DNA of 64,000 nucleotides from Guillardia theta CCMP2712 (taxonomy: Eukaryota; Protista; Cryptophyta): positions 668,810-732,809 of the forward strand of contig NW_005434649.1 in the NCBI RefSeq assembly GCF_000315625.1, written 5' to 3'. The notes below the pieces were generated by a model. That model ran no database searches, had not been told where the DNA came from, and was given only the letters and a program-made list of their open reading frames with translations. Made by a program: the position numbers and the translations under genes. Positions 22,997 to 42,453 of the stretch are shown in pieces (positions within the stretch are counted from its first letter, which is position 1; the number at the start of each line of letters is the position of its first letter).

Positions 22997-24657
22997 TTAA
23001 CCCCTCGGCGCGCGAGCCACGAAAGAGTTTGACGGTATCCATTGCCCGCCCGTGTAGAGTTTGTCCTCTCTGCTCCCTGTCAGCAAGCGGGCTTCCCCTC
23101 CCCACCTACCTGTCCAGCAGGATCTCGTACCCAGCCTCCGCAAACTGGTCGCGCAGTTCACCTGCAGCTGGGGTTGGTGCCACCTCTCCTCTCCCCGCCT
23201 CCTACCAGCTCGCAGACTTCGCCCAGGTCTCACCAGGCTGCTGCCCTGGAGGAAGGTAGACCACACCAGCAGGCCGCCAGGGCGGAGCATCCCCTCGAAG
23301 ACTTGATGAAAGAGCGGCCGGTGAAGGAAGCGACTGCCGAGGATGAGATCGACCTGAAGGAGGAAAGGATGTGAGAAGGAATATCAGCATTTGAACTCTC
23401 ACTTTCTGCTCGCCAAGTCCGTCCTTCCGCAAGTCAAGTCGACTCGTGGTCACCTCTACGTCTTCTCTCTCAGCCAGCCTCTCGGCTCTTTCCAGAGCCC
23501 CTTCCACCTCTTGTCAAGCTCTCAGCGTGCACTGCGATACAGACCCGCGTCATTGTCGAAGCCAATCACTCGCCAAGTTCCTCCTAGCGTCAACGCCTTG
23601 CTGAGGATCAACAAGAGCAACGACAAAATCAGCAGACCATGAACGCAAGATCTCTGCCTGCTCCGCATCCGACATCGAAGGCAACACTAACGAGCAGAAA
23701 TCAGCTATGAATGGCGGGAAGGATTGAGGGAGGAGAAGTAAGAGCAAGCACTTGAAAAGGGCATGAGAACATAAGACAGGCGTGCAAGAACTCCTCTATG
23801 AGGGGATGAGGGGATGAGGTGATGAGGGGATGATGGCGTTGAAGGAGCAGAAGCAAGGGAACGTTGCTGTACCGTTGTTGAGGTTGGTTGCCTCTAAGAT
23901 CTGCAGCCAGATCGGATGAGAGCACCTGAAGCGATCTTCAGGAGCTGAGGGGAGCGAGGAGACGACCTCTTGCAGCAGCGGCGTTGGTCTGCACAACCAA
24001 CGTGAATCCATGGAAGCTCAGGGTGTACCCTACCTCCACACAGGGCGCGATGAGGCTCCTTCCTCTCTCAGCTCGTGGGCTATTTCTGTCCCCTCGCTTG
24101 AAATGGCAGCAGCAACCTTCCATCCTTTGCTGGTCAGCAGACCTCGAGCCTCAGCCACTTCTCCCTGCCCCCTTCCCTCGTCAGATGAGACCTTGTCTTG
24201 CGATGCCTCTCACCTCCCGTCCGAAGAGAACGAGCTCGTCGTCGTCGTAAGGAGGCGGCAGCTCGTACAGCCTGCCTGCAAGCTCCTTGCCGGGGATGCT
24301 AGTCGAATGCGTGTGGTGACACGACCTGAAGTCCTCATACGGACGCACGTCCAGCAGAACTTGAGTGGCTGGACCAGCATCTTTGTGCTTCCTGCGATAG
24401 TCCGCATAGACAGGATCCAGTTTTGAACAGACAACATTTCTACCCGGCTTCCTTGAACTATCAACCACAAGTTTGGGGTGAAAGCAGAAGCCCAACAGAC
24501 CTCGCTCCAGTCCCTGTCTTGCTGCTACTCCTGCTGCTGCTGCTTCTACCGTTGCTACTGCCCTTCCTGCTCCTGCTCCTGCTCCTGCTGCCCTCCCTGC
24601 TCCTGCTCCTGCCGTTGCTGCTGCTGCTGCTAGTCCCACAAACAGCAGGAGCGACAT
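22997..24657 (-). CDS. Rhodanese-like domain plus TehB-like class I SAM methyltransferase, with N-terminal hydrophobic leader
   Basis: LLDVRP..F...H..S.SIP..EL..RLYELPP (rhodanese-like); AFDVGCGAGRDLAF, RFLHRPLF and LRPGGLLVWSTF (methyltransferase). Confidence 0.75.
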
Positions 24658-25519
24658 TGCGACCAGTGACAAACAAAAACATTTTACACTTCATGGATTT
24701 TTTTCTTTTTCTTTTTCTTTTTCTTTTTCTTTTTCTTTTCTTTTTTTCTTTTTTCGTCTACACCGTCTCCTCTAGTTGGGATGTGACACGGGTCGTATTT
24801 CGGATTCAAGGGGGTGGGGTGGTAAACAAGTGTAGGGGGTGGTGTGATAGACAATATCTTTGTCTTGATGGAGGTAGGGTACTGTAAAATGAGGGGGTGT
24901 GAAATCGAATATTCCATTTGACGCCTTCTTATACCGGGGTACTTGATGGATTATAGTGGGGTATAGTGACCAGACCGCACAAAGTTCTCGAAAGGTGGGG
25001 TCCCCCAAGCTTAGGGTGATGGAAAAGGGGGGGTTGGGTACACTCATGGTAGTGGGGTTGTCTACGCATGGTCCCAAAGGGCGGGAGGTTTAGTTAGGGT
25101 GGGTTATCATTTGGAAACAAGGTGGGTGGGTTTGTACTTGTCCTCGTAAGGTAGGGTTATTTCTTGGTACTTATTTTTCAAAACGCAGGGGTAGGTGTTT
25201 TGAATGAGGGGGTGGGGGTGAATGAGCAGCAGGTGGGGTAGTCGCCGTAAAAGAGTTTGCAAAGTGCAGGGTGAAGAAACTGAAGCCGAACGAGTCGAGG
25301 AGACAAGAAGCGACTTGAACAAGAGCAAGAACAAGAGCAGAGACAGAGGGAACAACAAGAAGAAACATAGCAAGAAGAAGATCTCTCAAAAAAGTTGTTA
25401 AGAAGACGGAGAGAAATCTATTACAGGAAGCAAAGAAGAAAGAGTCGTATCGTTGAATTCATAACATCGTTTCCCCATCAATTTAGATCATCGAACAAGC
25501 AACAAGTGCTGAGGTCTTG

Positions 25520-25869
25520 ATGTCGAAGTTTCCTGTTTCTTTTGTTTTCTTTTCTTGCGCCCTTCTCCTCGCGTTGGTCCTCCAACTATCAGAAGGAGCC
25601 CCTGCTTCGAGTCAGCCCAGTGCCCCTTCGCCAGCTGCACCTGCTCCTCCCCTGACCCTCCGTCGCTCCTTCAACGCACCCAAGGTGAGGATAGGAAGTT
25701 GTATTGCTGGTCACTGACGTGACTGACGTGATGCGTGCAGGAGAGCAAGGACGTTGCGTTTGTGACCGGCAGGAAGAGCCTGAAGGCCATCGCTGAAGAC
25801 GCCTTGGACGGGCTCAGCGTCTGTCTCGGCGTCGCCGTGTTGGGAGCAGCCTTAACACTCCCATTGTGA
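25520..25869 (+). CDS. Small two-exon protein (~97 aa) with a signal peptide and a hydrophobic C-terminus
   Basis: Exon 25520-25684, GT-AG intron, exon 25741-25869, all in frame. Confidence 0.6.
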
Positions 25870-26096
25870 GGAGGAGACGAGGAGATGTATGCTGCTGAGG
25901 ACTGCAGCGGAGAAGGAGGAGGAGGAAGAGGAGGAGGAAAGAGGTGAAGCGATGTGACGTTCTAATGGAGTAAAACGAAATGTGTGTGTAGCTTTGAGAT
26001 CAATACATCTGTTTGTTTCTGATCTACTCTTTCCTGCAACTGTCACCTCTGTTTGTTTCTGATCTACTCTTCCCTGCAACTGTCACCTCTGCTTCT

Positions 26097-29045
<2,949 letters not shown>

Positions 29046-29538
29046 GTCTTCTTGGCCTGTCCTGCATCAACATGAGAATCTCATGCTGCCTTCTTGCCTA
29101 GTCCCTCCTCATTCTCTACACCGTCCTGTTCCTTCACTAAACTTTGCATTTATTGCACACAGGAATGTACACTGCTCCTTCCCTGGACCCGGCCCCTCAC
29201 CTATTCCCCTCCTCATATACCCCCTTCTATCCTCTCTTCCTCTTCTTCTTCCTTCTCCTCCTCCTCCCCTTCCCCCTCCTCCTCCTCTGCTCTCCTTGCC
29301 TCGGTTAGTTTGTCACGAATCTTACAGGATGGGTGGGGGCGATGGAAAGGTACTCGGGAAGGGGTGCTATCTCCTATGAAAAACAGGGGTGGGGGGTAGG
29401 GGATCTAAAGTGCTTTTTCCCTTGTCCTGTATCAGGGAGTGAAGGAAAAGAGAAGAGAGAAGAGAGAAGAGAGAAGAGAGAAGAGGACAGGACAGACAGA
29501 CAGACAGACAGACAGCGAGGAAGAGAAACGTCGCAGTC

Positions 29539-31844
29539 ATGCGCCTTTTGTGTCCCTCAGCCGCTGCTGGAGCTCATGTCAGTTGCTGTCCTGGTTTGCA
29601 CAGCTTCACAGCACGCGCATCGAACCTCGCAGTGCCGAGAACGAGAGCAAACGTTTGCGGATGGAGGATGGAGGGAGAAAGCAGGAGGGGGTTCGACCTG
29701 ATCGGGGGAAGGGATTGGGACCTGCTCTCCCTCCGGCAGTTCCGACGGGAAGCAAGACTTCGCTACGCGTCCCTCAACCAGTCGGAGCCTCTTCGCATCC
29801 TCCTCTTCGCCCTCCTCACCGTCTTCTCCGCGTCTGCGTCTGCACTAGCGGAAGCCCTTGACTCCAGTCTCTCCGACCCCGAGAAGGCCACCAGCCTCGT
29901 CGTCTCCGTCGCCTCCTTCCTCCTCTTTCTGCGTGAGAGGGGCAGACGCACCGCGCAGCTCGTGAGGTTCGACCGGGAGAGCATGGCCTCTGACCTCTCC
30001 GCCGCCTTCGAGGATCCACTCACGGGCTCACGCAAGTCGCTCAAACTTCGAGACCTGCGAGAGAAACTCCGCGTCCTCGTCGTCTACGGAGACGCGGAGA
30101 CCCTCAAGGCTGTCCTCAAAGAAGCTGCTGTCTACCGGAGGCGCCTCCTCCAGTCTCAGGTGCTGCTCCTGCCCTCCTCTGCCCTCCCTCATCTCTTGTC
30201 CAGGTGGCTCTGGTGGCAGCGAGCAGCGACGGCAGCAGCCGCAAGGACTGGGAGGTGCCCAAGAGCGCGCGAGGAGGATGGCTGTGGGAAGCTACAGAGA
30301 AGCAGGCAGAGAGGGACGGGAGGCAGAGGAGACTCGCTGACTTGAATTGCCGGGTAGGAGTGGGTGACCTACTTCAGTGACATCCTAGAGGCGAAAAAGG
30401 TTCTCAACGTGTCACTGTCTTCGTCTTCCTGCTCCCGTTCCTCTTCCTCTTCCTCTTCCTCTTCCTTGATCTACTTGTTCGTGCGACCTTGATCTACTTG
30501 TTCGTGCGACCTCACTCAGCACAGGCGTCCTCAGGAGGAGGAGCGTGGTTCGCTCTCAACAAGAAGGGAAGGTGCCTCAGCGTCTTTCGCTTCCTCCCGT
30601 TGACCTCAACCTGCAGGTCACGCGCGAGTGGCCTGGGAGCTCCTCGCTTCGACGAGTTGCTGGGTAGCCGGCTGCCTCCCACAGAGGTAACAGTTGCTAG
30701 TCTCTTTTGCCCCTCCCTCCCCTCCCTCCCCCCTCCTTGCCTGACCTCCTGTGGCGGCAGCTGTCGGAGCAAGACGCTCCCTTCTTCACCGAGTTGGACG
30801 AGTCGGTGGCAGCAGCTCAGGGGAGGTTCTACGACGTGAGTCTCCCTCAGGGTGGCAACGAGGTGACGAGCGAGCAGGCGCTGACCAACGGCAAGCTGGA
30901 GGAGATGAGAGCTCTCTTCTCAGAGGAGCTGTCGGAAGGTAGACGACTGCGTCCTAGTCCACCTCACCTTCTCCCCTCAGATGTCTCTGAGTTCGTCAAC
31001 CTGGGCGGCCGCCTTGACCCGTGAGTTGTGCTCGCCTCTGCTTGCTGCGTGTGGGGCAGCCGTTGTTGCAGTCCCTGCCAGCTCCTCCTCTGTCTTCGTC
31101 TCCTCACCTCCTCTTGCTCTCAGGTGGGATTCTCAACTCCGCGAAGGCTCGAGGCCTCAAGGTGCCTCCCTCGCTTCCAGGACCCTTCTGACGTCTTGCC
31201 AGGCATGAAGATCAGCAGCAGGGACGTGACGGTCGCCGACGATGGGTGAGAATTACGACTTCCCTCCCCTTGCTGACCGCGACAGTCTGGAGGCGTGGAC
31301 GACCTGCCTCGAGCAGCCAGCCGGAGGTTTCGGGACTCTGTTGGCAACACAGAGGTGGAAGAGGAAGGAGAGCGGAGGAGCAGACGCCCAGTGGACGTTG
31401 GTCGCTCATCGCACCATCCCCTTCAGCCTCAACGCAGGTGGACCATTGAATCGCAGAGGAGTGAGAGTGAGGGGTAGGAGGAGAGTGAGCAGGGGGTTAT
31501 GTGGAGGGTTAGAGGAGAGTGAGGGGGTGGGGTTCGAGAGGCAACCAACCAGGCAACGCTCACAGCGTCACTCAGGTGCCATGGCCATTCTTCGCTGCGA
31601 CTGCCGCGGGTCATCTCCTAGCTTCTGCTGTCTCCTGCCTCATGTGTCGCAGGTGTGTCGCCGGCCTCCGTACACTGGACAAACAAGGTCCGTTGGACAT
31701 GCCGAACCCTGCGAGCGACTAGAGGAGGAGGAGGAGAAGGGCCGAGCGACTGGAGGTGGTGGAGGAGAAGGGCCGAGCGACTTCAAGTTTATCAAGTACG
31801 ACACAAGTGAAGCTCGTCTAAGCGAACTCGATGCCATGAAATAA
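29539..31844 (+). CDS. LPA1/DUF3493-like thylakoid protein with a C-terminal SnoaL/NTF2-like domain
   Basis: PLRILLFAL plus two TM segments, LRDLREKLRVLVVYG, RASGLGAP. Then AQGRFYDALTNGKLEEMRALF, AWTTCLE and LLATQRW...WTLVAH. Confidence 0.55.
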
Positions 31845-33149
31845 GGATGGTGATACACAAAGAATGTGAGAGGGAAGATGAACGTCGGGGGGTCTTAGCA
31901 CGTCACGCATTCCTCAGACCTGAGGTTGGTCGGGAGCACTCTGGTAGCCTCCCTCCGAAGGAGACTCCTTCAAAGCTTGCCTGCTCCCACGCACGTCAAT
32001 TCCTTCTCATCGCACTACCCATGAATGGCATCGTCATCAAACCTGTAACGACGATGAGCCCAGCAGCTCTCGACGACCCAGAGGGCTGCGAAGGGTCAGA
32101 CACTCGTGCGGCGACATGATCCTCGTACCGGGGATGGAGAGGATGATAATCCAGATGCAGTTCCAGATGGTTGTGCCTGCCAACCCAGTCAGAGCCTGCG
32201 CGCCCAACTAGCATCACGAGGACAGCCGCTGTGACTGAGCTGAGACCAGCTGGGAGCAGACGCTAGAGCCTTACTGCATCATTACAGCTAGATGCCTCAA
32301 AATGGTTCTTCCATCGCAACATGCTTCTTCTTCCGTCATCCACCACCTCTTGTACTCCGGTTCTGCTACACATGCTCCCTCGCCCAGCGTTTCCCTCCTC
32401 GCCAAACCAACACGGTTGCACGTTTTTTGTCTTTCCGCCTCGGTCAGAACATCTACCATCACCAACTCCACGACATGTTGCCCTTCCTTCTCTCTGCCAT
32501 CTACATACACCATTCTTTGTACTCAGCTTAAGGATCACCCTCTTCTTTTGCATGCTCGCAGCCGGTAAGACCATGTCAAGCATGCAGCATGTGGTGCGTG
32601 TGATGATGATGCTCATCGTTATGCTCTCTGCTCGCTTCCCCTCGCCTCCTCCTACTCCTCCTCCTCCTCCTCTTACCGAGCGCCATCGCCTTTGACTGTG
32701 CTATTTCCGGAAGTGAAGACCGAGAGAAGCAGAGCAGGGGGTGGTATCATCGATGGGGGTACTCAAGGTCGATATGGGGGTAGGGGTTATGCACAGATAG
32801 TAAAAAGAGAAACTCCACCAGCTAAAGTCGATTAGAATAAACAGATTTAGCAGATGAGGTTTTCTTGCCCAGTCCGGGATGAATGATTCATTCAAGAAAC
32901 TTTCAACTTCCGTTAGCCCAGCGCTGCCCAAGGGTTCCCTCCTCCTCCTCCTCCTCCTCCTCCTCCTCGCCCCCACGCGTTGGAGCCCCTTGCTGCTCCA
33001 CCTGCAGTACAGTGAGCGGTGACGAGAGCTTGCCCGGCCTTTAATCAGTCTCTCACCCCCGCTGCTTGTCTTCTTCGTCGCGCTCTCCCATCCTCGGTTC
33101 GCTCCACCCGAGCTCGCGTTGCCTGCAACGCACGTCAGACACGTCGAGG

Positions 33150-35097
33150 AGGGGGCAGGAGGGGGCAGGAGACCCTTGGAAGCAGGAGGAGGATCCCTGA
33201 GCCTATCAGCCTCCGGTATCGCAGCATCGAACCATCCCTTGGTCTCGGCCTTCGACGTGAAAGAAAAGTCAGAGAGAGGAGAGGGGAGGAAGTCGAGGAG
33301 AGACCTCTAGCTGTTCGAGGCGAGTGACGATGTTTGCCTTCTGATTCAACTTCTTAATCTCGTCCAGGCTCAACTGCAGCAGGTTCAGCGAGCGACGAGG
33401 AAGCGTCTCCTCCTACCACTTGCTTGCTGTCCTCAATCGCTTTGAGCTCTCGCAGCTGAAACTCAGCGGGTCAACCTCTGCTCCTGCCCCTCTACCATCC
33501 AACCTGCTTGCGGAGAGTGAGGATCTCCCGATCTTCCTTCCGCCTCCTCACAGTTGGAGTTGCGTCCTTCAGTCCTGCAACATGTCAAGGAGCCAGGAGA
33601 AGGACGAAGGGAGTGACGGGGAGGAGGAGGAGGAGGATAGTGTTCGGCAAACCTTGAATTTTAGCCTGCAGTGCAGCCATCGCTGCTTCCAGCTTGTCCG
33701 TCTTCTTTCTGCCGCTGCCGGTCAGCTGGGGGAGCAGCAGGGCCTGGAGTGGACCCGCTGGACTTCTGGGAGGCGATGGAGGAGGAAAGCTGCTGCTCCT
33801 TCTCCTTCAGCTCGGAGATCTGCAAGCTCAACCTGTCATCCCCCCTCTAGCTCAGCAGTGGACCACCATTAGGTCAAGCTCGGCCCTGTAAGCGGCTCAG
33901 AGAACCCTTCCCTCTTCCCTCTCTCTCATCTCCACCTTGTCAAGTGCTGCCCGGTCATCATACCCTCCAGCTGCTTCTCCAGCTCTGAAACCTGCAGCGG
34001 GGGGTCAAGAAAGAAGGACCGAACGGCCTCCTCACCTTCCCCGGCACGTCTTGCGCAGTGTTGTACAACTCGTCCTCGCTCGCTGTCAGCTGCCCAGCAG
34101 CGTAAGAGGAGAGGGCAGGAGAGGAGAGGGCAGGAGAGGAGAGGAGAGGAGAGGAGAGGGGAGGGGAGGGCAGGAGAGGAGAGGAGAGGAGAGGAGAGGA
34201 TCGTCGGCGACCTGCTCCATCTTCGACATCTTCTCTTCAAAACCTGCAAAGATTCACGTCACTGAGCCTCCAGTTCCCCTGCCCCCCAGCCTCTTCAAGT
34301 CACTTACCTGCGATCTTCGCCGCCATCTCCTTCATCGCCTTGAGCAGCGCGCGACGCTGCGAGAAGGAAGGACACTGCTTGGCCACCAGCTTCACGAAGG
34401 TCTCCATGGACACGATGCTGCTCCCTCTCAGAGCTGTATCACCCTTCCCAGCTCGTCACCTGCAGAGATGCTCTGGCGGAAGCTCCTCCAGCTAGTTGGG
34501 CACCGTGAGGTCCTCACAAGCAGCAAGGGAGGAGGTACCTTCATGCCCCCGATCTTGATGTCCGCCTCCTCCTCCGCCTCCGCAGGGGCGGCAGAAGCCG
34601 AGATGTCGATCTTGGGAAACACGTGAATGAACTTCAAGTCCTTGTCTGTGTCGTGCTGATACTTGAAGCTGCCCGCACACTCCATGATCTGTCTACAGGA
34701 GTGACCACCTTGTCCCCGTCTCCCTCAACCCTCTCACCGCACTCGCCCCACGGTCCTCTTCGAAGCCGATGGCTCTCAACGCATCGCGGCAGAACTTGGG
34801 CATGTCATCGCCATACTTCTGACGGACCTGTACAGCACTCGCATGTCAGAGCTCGCACTTGTGCTCAGGGCTCAAAGTTCCTTCTTGCCGCCTCCTACGG
34901 TAAAGCGAAAGCCGATCATCTTAGGTGCCGGGATCGCCTCAGAGAAGGCTGCGGTGAAGAGCTCGGAGATCTGCGACTGAATGTCTCCGTCAGTTGCATG
35001 CGGGCACACGACAAGGACCGACCTGCCCGAAACCAGCGAGATCAATGTCCTCGTGATCGGTCGCCGATCGAATCTGCTTAGCGAGAGATGAAGCCAT
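33150..35097 (-). CDS. Multi-exon uncharacterised protein with coiled-coil C-terminus
   Basis: MASSLAKQIRSATDHEDIDLAGF, FRFTVGGGKK|VRQKYGDD and GSFKYQHDTDKDLKFIHVFP. 3' end is approximate. Confidence 0.6.
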
Positions 35098-35614
35098 ATT
35101 CCGATGCTCCTCTGCGACAACAGTCAGACAGCATCTCACCTCCCTCCCTGCCTCTCCCTCCCTTCCTTTCCCTCCCCGCCTCGCCCCCCCCCCTCCGTTT
35201 TCTCCTTTTCTTCCTCCTTCTCTTCCTCCCTGCCTCTCCCTGCCTCTTCCCCCCCGCCTCTCCTTCTCTCCCTCCCTCCTTCGCTCTCCCTCTCTCCCTC
35301 TCTCCCTCCCTCCCTCCTCCCCACCTCTCTCTCTCCTTCTCTCCCTCCCTCCTTCGCTCTCCCTCCCTCCCTCCCTCTTCTCTTCTCTGTTCTCTCCATT
35401 CCGATCTCGTGTTCGCATCTCATAAAGATCTTGCAACTCATCCCCCTCATATTCTCGTACCCCTCATCCCCACTCTGTCCCCACTCATCCCTGCACTCAT
35501 CTGTGCACTCCTGCTCCTGGATCCCGCTCATGCTCTGCCTCACGCTACTGCCCGTCACTGCCGCAGCTCATGGCAGAGCAGCGAAGAGAGAGAAGAGGGA
35601 GGGAGGGAGGGAGG

Positions 35615-35716
<102 letters not shown>

Positions 35717-35919
35717 AGTGGCGATGGATGGAGGGATTGAGGGATAGCCAGATAGACTCAGTGTGTGTGGGGAGCAAAGAACGAAGAGGATTATGATAGA
35801 GAGAGAAGCGTAGGAGGAAAAGCGGTGAAAGCAGGTGGCGGAGTGTGGAGGATTCCAGGGAAAGAGCTGAGGAGGCGCGGCCTGATGGAGATTTTAAAGG
35901 ACGGCGACACGAGGTGAAG

Positions 35920-39261
<3,342 letters not shown>

Positions 39262-39599
39262 AGAAGTAGGAGNNNNNNNNNNNNNNNNNNNNNNNNNNNN
39301 NNNNNNNNNNNNNNNNNNNNNNNNNNNNNNNNNNNNNNNNNNNNNNNNNNNNNNNNNNNNNNNNNNNNNNNNNNNNNNNNNNNNNNNNNNNNNNNNNNNN
39401 NNNNNNNNNNNNNNNNNNNNNNNNNNNNNNAGAAAAAAGGTCTCTTACCTCTCTCCCCCCCCCCCCGCCCCCCCCCCCCTTCCACTCCTCCTCCCCCTCC
39501 TCCTCCTCCTCCTCCTCCTCCCCTTCCACTCCTCCTCCCCCTCCTTCTCCTTGACACCCATCCCTCTCCTTGTGCTCGTGATATTCTCTATTATCTTCA

Positions 39600-39972
39600 T
39601 CCATCTACTCTCCCCCTTCTCTCACCTTGGCATGCAGAAACAGTCTCCGCAATGTCTTTCCCTCCCGCTGCTCCTTCACTCAACGTCAGCCTCCCTCTCC
39701 CACGCAGCGCATGTCACCTCCTCCTCCTCCTCCTCCTCCTTGTTCCTCCCCTTTTGTCGCAGCCACCATGCGCGAATCCTGATTCACCAGTCAGCGCAAG
39801 ATGAGGGGCCAGAGGAGGAGAGGAAAGAGTGCAGGAGGAGAGGATATGTACGAGGAGAGGAAGACGAGGAGGAGCGAAAAGGGAGAAGGGAGGAAAAGGT
39901 GGAAGAGCAAAGTTGAAGAGAGTATGAGGACGGAAAAGGGACGCTGCTGCTGGGGATGATGATGATGATGAA

Positions 39973-40006
<34 letters not shown>

Positions 40007-40013
40007 GTGATGG

Positions 40014-40049
<36 letters not shown>

Positions 40050-42418
40050 GGAGGAGGAGTTGACATGTTTGCGGCGATGACTCGAAGGTCTTCTCGCGCT
40101 TTCTCTCTCTCCATGATGGCGATGGCGGAGAACTCAGCAGGAGTGAAGAGGATCAGGTTGCCGAGGGCTGCTGTAGTCAGCGACGCGCAGAGGATGCCGA
40201 AGGTGGCAGCCAACAAGGCGATGAGACGCCCCAGGATGGTCGTAGGGACCTGCTCCCCTGCTCCAACGTCAGGCAAAGCTCGTGGAGCAGTAGGGGAGTG
40301 AAGCAGGGAGGAGGGGGAGGCATGGAGAAAGAGGAAGAAAGGAAACGGTTGGACGTCCGAGAGGAGGGAGGAGGGAGGAGAGAGGAGAGAGGGAACAGGA
40401 GGGAACATTGGGAGGGAGAGGAGGAAGGAAGAGGAGGAGGCATGGAGGATGGAGGGGGAGGAGGAGGGATAACCATAGCCGACGGTGGTCATAGTGACGA
40501 AGATAAACCAGAAGCTGTTGGTCAGCCAGACGTCGTTCTGCTTGCCGAACTTGCTTCCTGCCACCTCCCATTCCGTCGCCTGCGGCTGCTGGCAGGCGGC
40601 GCTGGTGGCGGAGGGGAGGAGGCAGAAGGAGAACTCGACAGAGCGGTACAGGTAGCCGAAGATGATCATCATGACGAACCAGGCGATGAGGATGACGTTG
40701 AAGCCGGTCCAGCGGTTGAGCAGGCGCTTGAGGCAGAAGAGAGCGTCAAAGGAGACGCGCGTGTGGTGGGAGATCACGCTCCTCATCGGGATCTCCCGCA
40801 GGACGAGGAACATCACCAGCGACCACGTCAAGTACATCCTCAGCGCGTTCCACACGCACCCGACCGTCTCTCCCGCATACACCACCACGTTCCCCATCCA
40901 CACCAGCTCCAGTTCCACCGCCACGTGAGGAGGTGCATGCGGGAGACACACGAGCAGCTCAACCCACAGTCCCTTCCTCCTCGCGACGGAGCGGAAGGGG
41001 ACGCGGAGGTCAAGCTTCTTCCCCAGCTGCACGTGACGGTCGATGCGCTTGGCTCGGATGAGGAAGACGTAGGAGGAGTAGAGGAAGATGCAGCATGCGA
41101 CGGTCGCGATCGAGTTCAGCCACTTGAGCGCGTTGATGGCAGGGGCGCGAGGAGACGTTCCTCCCAGCACCAGCTCGTTCGTCAGCACCGCAGCGAGCAG
41201 CCCGACAAGGCTGGTGACGCACGAGAGGATCCTGAGCAGGAGCTGCCTGGTCTCAACCTCCTTCCTGCAGCTGGTCCAGTCCCTAATCTTGTTGGGATCG
41301 GGCTTGAAGGAGAGCACTCGGAGGAACGAGGCCCTCGCGCCCTCTGTCTTCGTCTCCATCATCGTTATCGAGTGCTCGAGGTTCGCGTCAAAGTCTGATC
41401 GCTTCTGCTCTGCGAGGACTTTCAGCTGCGACGAGAGGATGTTGTTGAACGTCTTTCTCCTCTGCTCTCTCGCTTGCTTCCTCTTCAGCTTCATGGACCC
41501 TCCCATGCCTTCCTCCTGCCCCAAGCTCGACCTCCTCTTCCTCTGCTCGTTCCGTTGCCGCGCCCCCTGCACGAACTGGCTGAGGTTGCTGTTGCGCCGG
41601 AAGAGTTTGCGGGGATGGGACAAATGTTCGACCTCAGGGGTGGTCTTCTTGAGAATATCCAGCAGAGCCCCGTGAATCTTCTTGGAAGACGAGGAGATCT
41701 GATCTACCTTCACCGAGTCAGCCAGACAGTCGTCGAGGTCCACCTCCGTCCTCTTCTTCTGCTTCATGAACGCCGCGCGCAAGCTCGCTGCTCGCTGCTC
41801 CGCCCTCCCCCGGTCTCCCCTCAGCCCCTTCCACTTAATCTGCACAAGTCGAGCCGCATGCTCCCTGGCCTTCAGTCGCGCGATCTCTCTGTCTGCCACA
41901 AGGTTCGCCGCTATCTCCTCCTCCGTCCACTGCAGCGCGTTCTGAAACGCCGCCGTCATGAGTGAAACCAGGATGAGACCGGTCCCCGCCTGCGCTCAGA
42001 TCAGCGAGGAGGTTCAGGATGAGGAGGGTCAAGGACGTCAGTGAGTGAGGAAGGAGGAGCGAGAGAAAGGCGGAGGAGAGGAAGAGGAGGGAACGGCAGC
42101 AGGAGGGAGCAAGTGGACAAGTTATCCAACATTACCGTGAGGATCGCGACGAATCGACTCATGTGGGTTGTACAGAGAATATCACCTGCAGTTTGGATCA
42201 GAAGAGAAGGATGGTGGAGGTGGAGGTGGAGGTGGAGGTGGAGGTGGAGGTGGAGGTGGAGGAGGAGGAGGAGGAGGAGGAGGAGGAGGAGGAGGATGAG
42301 GAGGAGGAGGATGAGGAGGAGGAGGAGGAGGAGGAGGAGGAGGAGGATAGGGCGAATGATAGAAGATGAAGGAGAGGAGGAGAAAGAATACGAGCAGCAA
42401 GTAGGCCCTGCAGGAGGT

Positions 42419-42453
<35 letters not shown>

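Noticed and set aside
31847-32700. Possible small minus-strand gene
   Set aside because: No consistent exon chain or motif could be established.
40298-41398. Long antisense ORFs over the channel and cyclase genes (also 42771-43580, 51599-52690, 53213-54127)
   Set aside because: Expected from GC3-biased codon usage on the opposite strand.
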